DNA of 64,000 bases from assembly GCA_965637545.1 (NCBI GenBank), contig OZ281497.1, positions 19,406,001 through 19,470,000 on the forward strand. Reading direction: 5' to 3'. Source of the DNA: Phallusia mammillata. Taxonomy: Eukaryota. Positions within the stretch are counted from its first letter, which is position 1. Every line of letters begins with the position of its first letter. Of the stretch, positions 62,490 to 64,000 are shown piece by piece. The notes below the pieces were generated by a model. The model worked only from the letters and a program-made list of their open reading frames with translations, searched no databases and was not told the DNA's origin. The position numbers were made by a program, and so were the translations under genes.

Positions 62490-62862
62490 CATGGGAGCCG
62501 GCAGAAATTTTTCCACGGTGGGGCAAATTTAAAAAAAATACACACTTATTAGATTTGCGTCAACGATGAAAAATCTCCGCACAGCCATGCAACTATGAAC
62601 AATTTTGTCCGTTCAAATAGCATAAACACAAAGGCTATATTTCCATATATGGAAACAACAACAGCTACGTAAACAAATCAGACTACGTTAAAGTCGCTTG
62701 TTTAGACATTTGCTTAGAATATATCAACTTCCCTTCTTAAAGCATTAGGCTTATTCTTTTTCAGTCATAAAGTTTTATAAAAAGTGTTGTAATTTTGGGA
62801 TACTTTGAAATTCCAAGGGGGAGGCAAATGCCCCCTCTTGCCTCTACGTGCCGGCGCCCATG
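62490..62862. mobile_element. hAT-like MITE (CATGGGCGCCGGCA TIR)
   Basis: Left CATGGGAGCCGGCA, right TGCCGGCGCCCATG, subterminal GGGGCAAAT/GCCCCC motifs. No matching TSD. Confidence 0.65.
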
Positions 62863-63662
62863 CGAGTATGGCACCTGTCGGGGATAACAGTTAACTTTTA
62901 TGCACAATGACATGTAGTAATGTACAATTGATATTGTTTTACGTGACCTGTAAGCATCAGGATTCGTCTCTTCTCAGTCTATAGATTTTCTCGGTCTAAA
63001 ATCTAAACTTTGCCAACACCAAATCAACATCACTCCCAACTAGTTTCAGCATAGGTCTTTATACGTTTGTATGGAAAATAGCACAACATGTGTTAAGTAG
63101 AATAACACGTTTTTTCTCGAGTTGCACCCTCGTATCGCAGACGTTTATGGCGTAACAGACAAACATTGTGGTGAAACTGCAACAATATGGAAAACGGTGT
63201 GAAACATAGAGATATTATCATGTCACACTGTAAAACTCCTTCAAAAAAGAAAACACTTGTAGTTTTAGTTTCTAAGAAGTAGATGAACATGAACAACTTG
63301 CAACCGTTTTATGTGATTCGTATCGCTAAATATTTATTGGAGAAAGCAAAGGCATCAACATATTAAGTTTTGTTCGGTATTGCGCTGTGCCTCCGTCATG
63401 CGTTTTGGTTCCGTCTGCTTTTAGTTGTGAAGAAGAGGAACCAATTTACGTTGTGGTTCTGCTTTTTTATTAGCTTATCGACAGTATCGTTAAAATTGCT
63501 GTTTTGTTACCACCGTTCAAACGTGCAATGTGTCTAATCTTATTTCCACTTCAGTAGTTGTGTTGTAGCAACAATTTAATAAAGTCCAAATATACAGTGG
63601 CATCATGACATTTTTGTAGCAAAAGGTTTGTATCTACCTATGGGTAAGAAGAAACCAACGAC

Positions 63663-64000
63663 ATGGACTACAAGGTTATTGATGTTTTGAGAAGTCCAAC
63701 AATCATTGTCTTGGATACACTTTTGTCAAGACGAATGAAGCTGCCATGGTCAACACACACACTTCTCAATTTTGCAGTGACTACTATTGGTATGTTGTTT
63801 TACCTGATTGTTTCTGATGAACTAGAAGATGTTAATTTTTAGGAATTCCATGTTAAGTTTTTTATAAGAGCAACCATTTGGTGATAACAGCCTGATTGTT
63901 AGCAGTGTTTTAATAGTTGCTTCCTGTCTGTTGTATATTGATATATTTACCGGATGAATTTTTAACAATGTTTTAATCTGTAGGTTCCTTGGCTTCCATC
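63663..64000 (+). CDS. Probable TRC8-N-domain RING E3 ligase (RNF145/RNF139-like), first coding exons; runs off the window
   Basis: Exon 63663-63789 (MDYKVIDVLRSPTIIVLDTLLSRRMKLPWSTHTLLNFAVTTIG), GT-AG intron, then an exon from 63984 (SLASI...). VLRSPTIIVLDTL resembles the N-terminal ALRVPSIMLLDVL motif of RNF145. Only ~48 aa are visible. Confidence 0.55.

Noticed and set aside
63105-63134. Mariner-type TIR end (reverse complement TACGAGGGTGCAAC)
   Set aside because: No partner TIR or transposase was found nearby, so it is at most an isolated remnant.

Overview
This is AT-rich, intron-rich eukaryotic (animal) genomic DNA, not prokaryotic. The short GT-AG introns, high gene density, retained vault gene and dense MITE content suggest a compact invertebrate genome, possibly an ascidian; that assignment is inference and was not tested. 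I assembled the genes by hand from splice sites, with exon phases matching throughout. In order they are: the last two exons of a 2OG-Fe(II) oxygenase (+), complete FANCI (+, 28 exons, ~1361 aa), beta-TrCP/BTRC (-, 15 coding exons, ~612 aa), adducin (-, 16-17 exons, ~711-736 aa), major vault protein MVP (-, 18 exons, ~874 aa), Polycomb EED (+, 9 exons, ~426 aa), and the 5' start of a probable TRC8-N RING ligase (RNF145/RNF139-like, +). Introns and intergenic DNA carry more than 12 non-autonomous hAT-type MITEs, mostly with recognisable 8-bp TSDs. They also carry a tRNA-derived SINE, a Helentron/HINE-like element, foldback-like modular elements and two perfect ~97-nt hairpins. No transposase, CRISPR array, rRNA or intact tRNA was found. 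The most unusual structure is a nested composite transposon filling the divergent MVP-EED promoter gap, with an inverted sister copy on the other side of EED. I did not find a clearly new multi-gene system, so the findings are candidates only.
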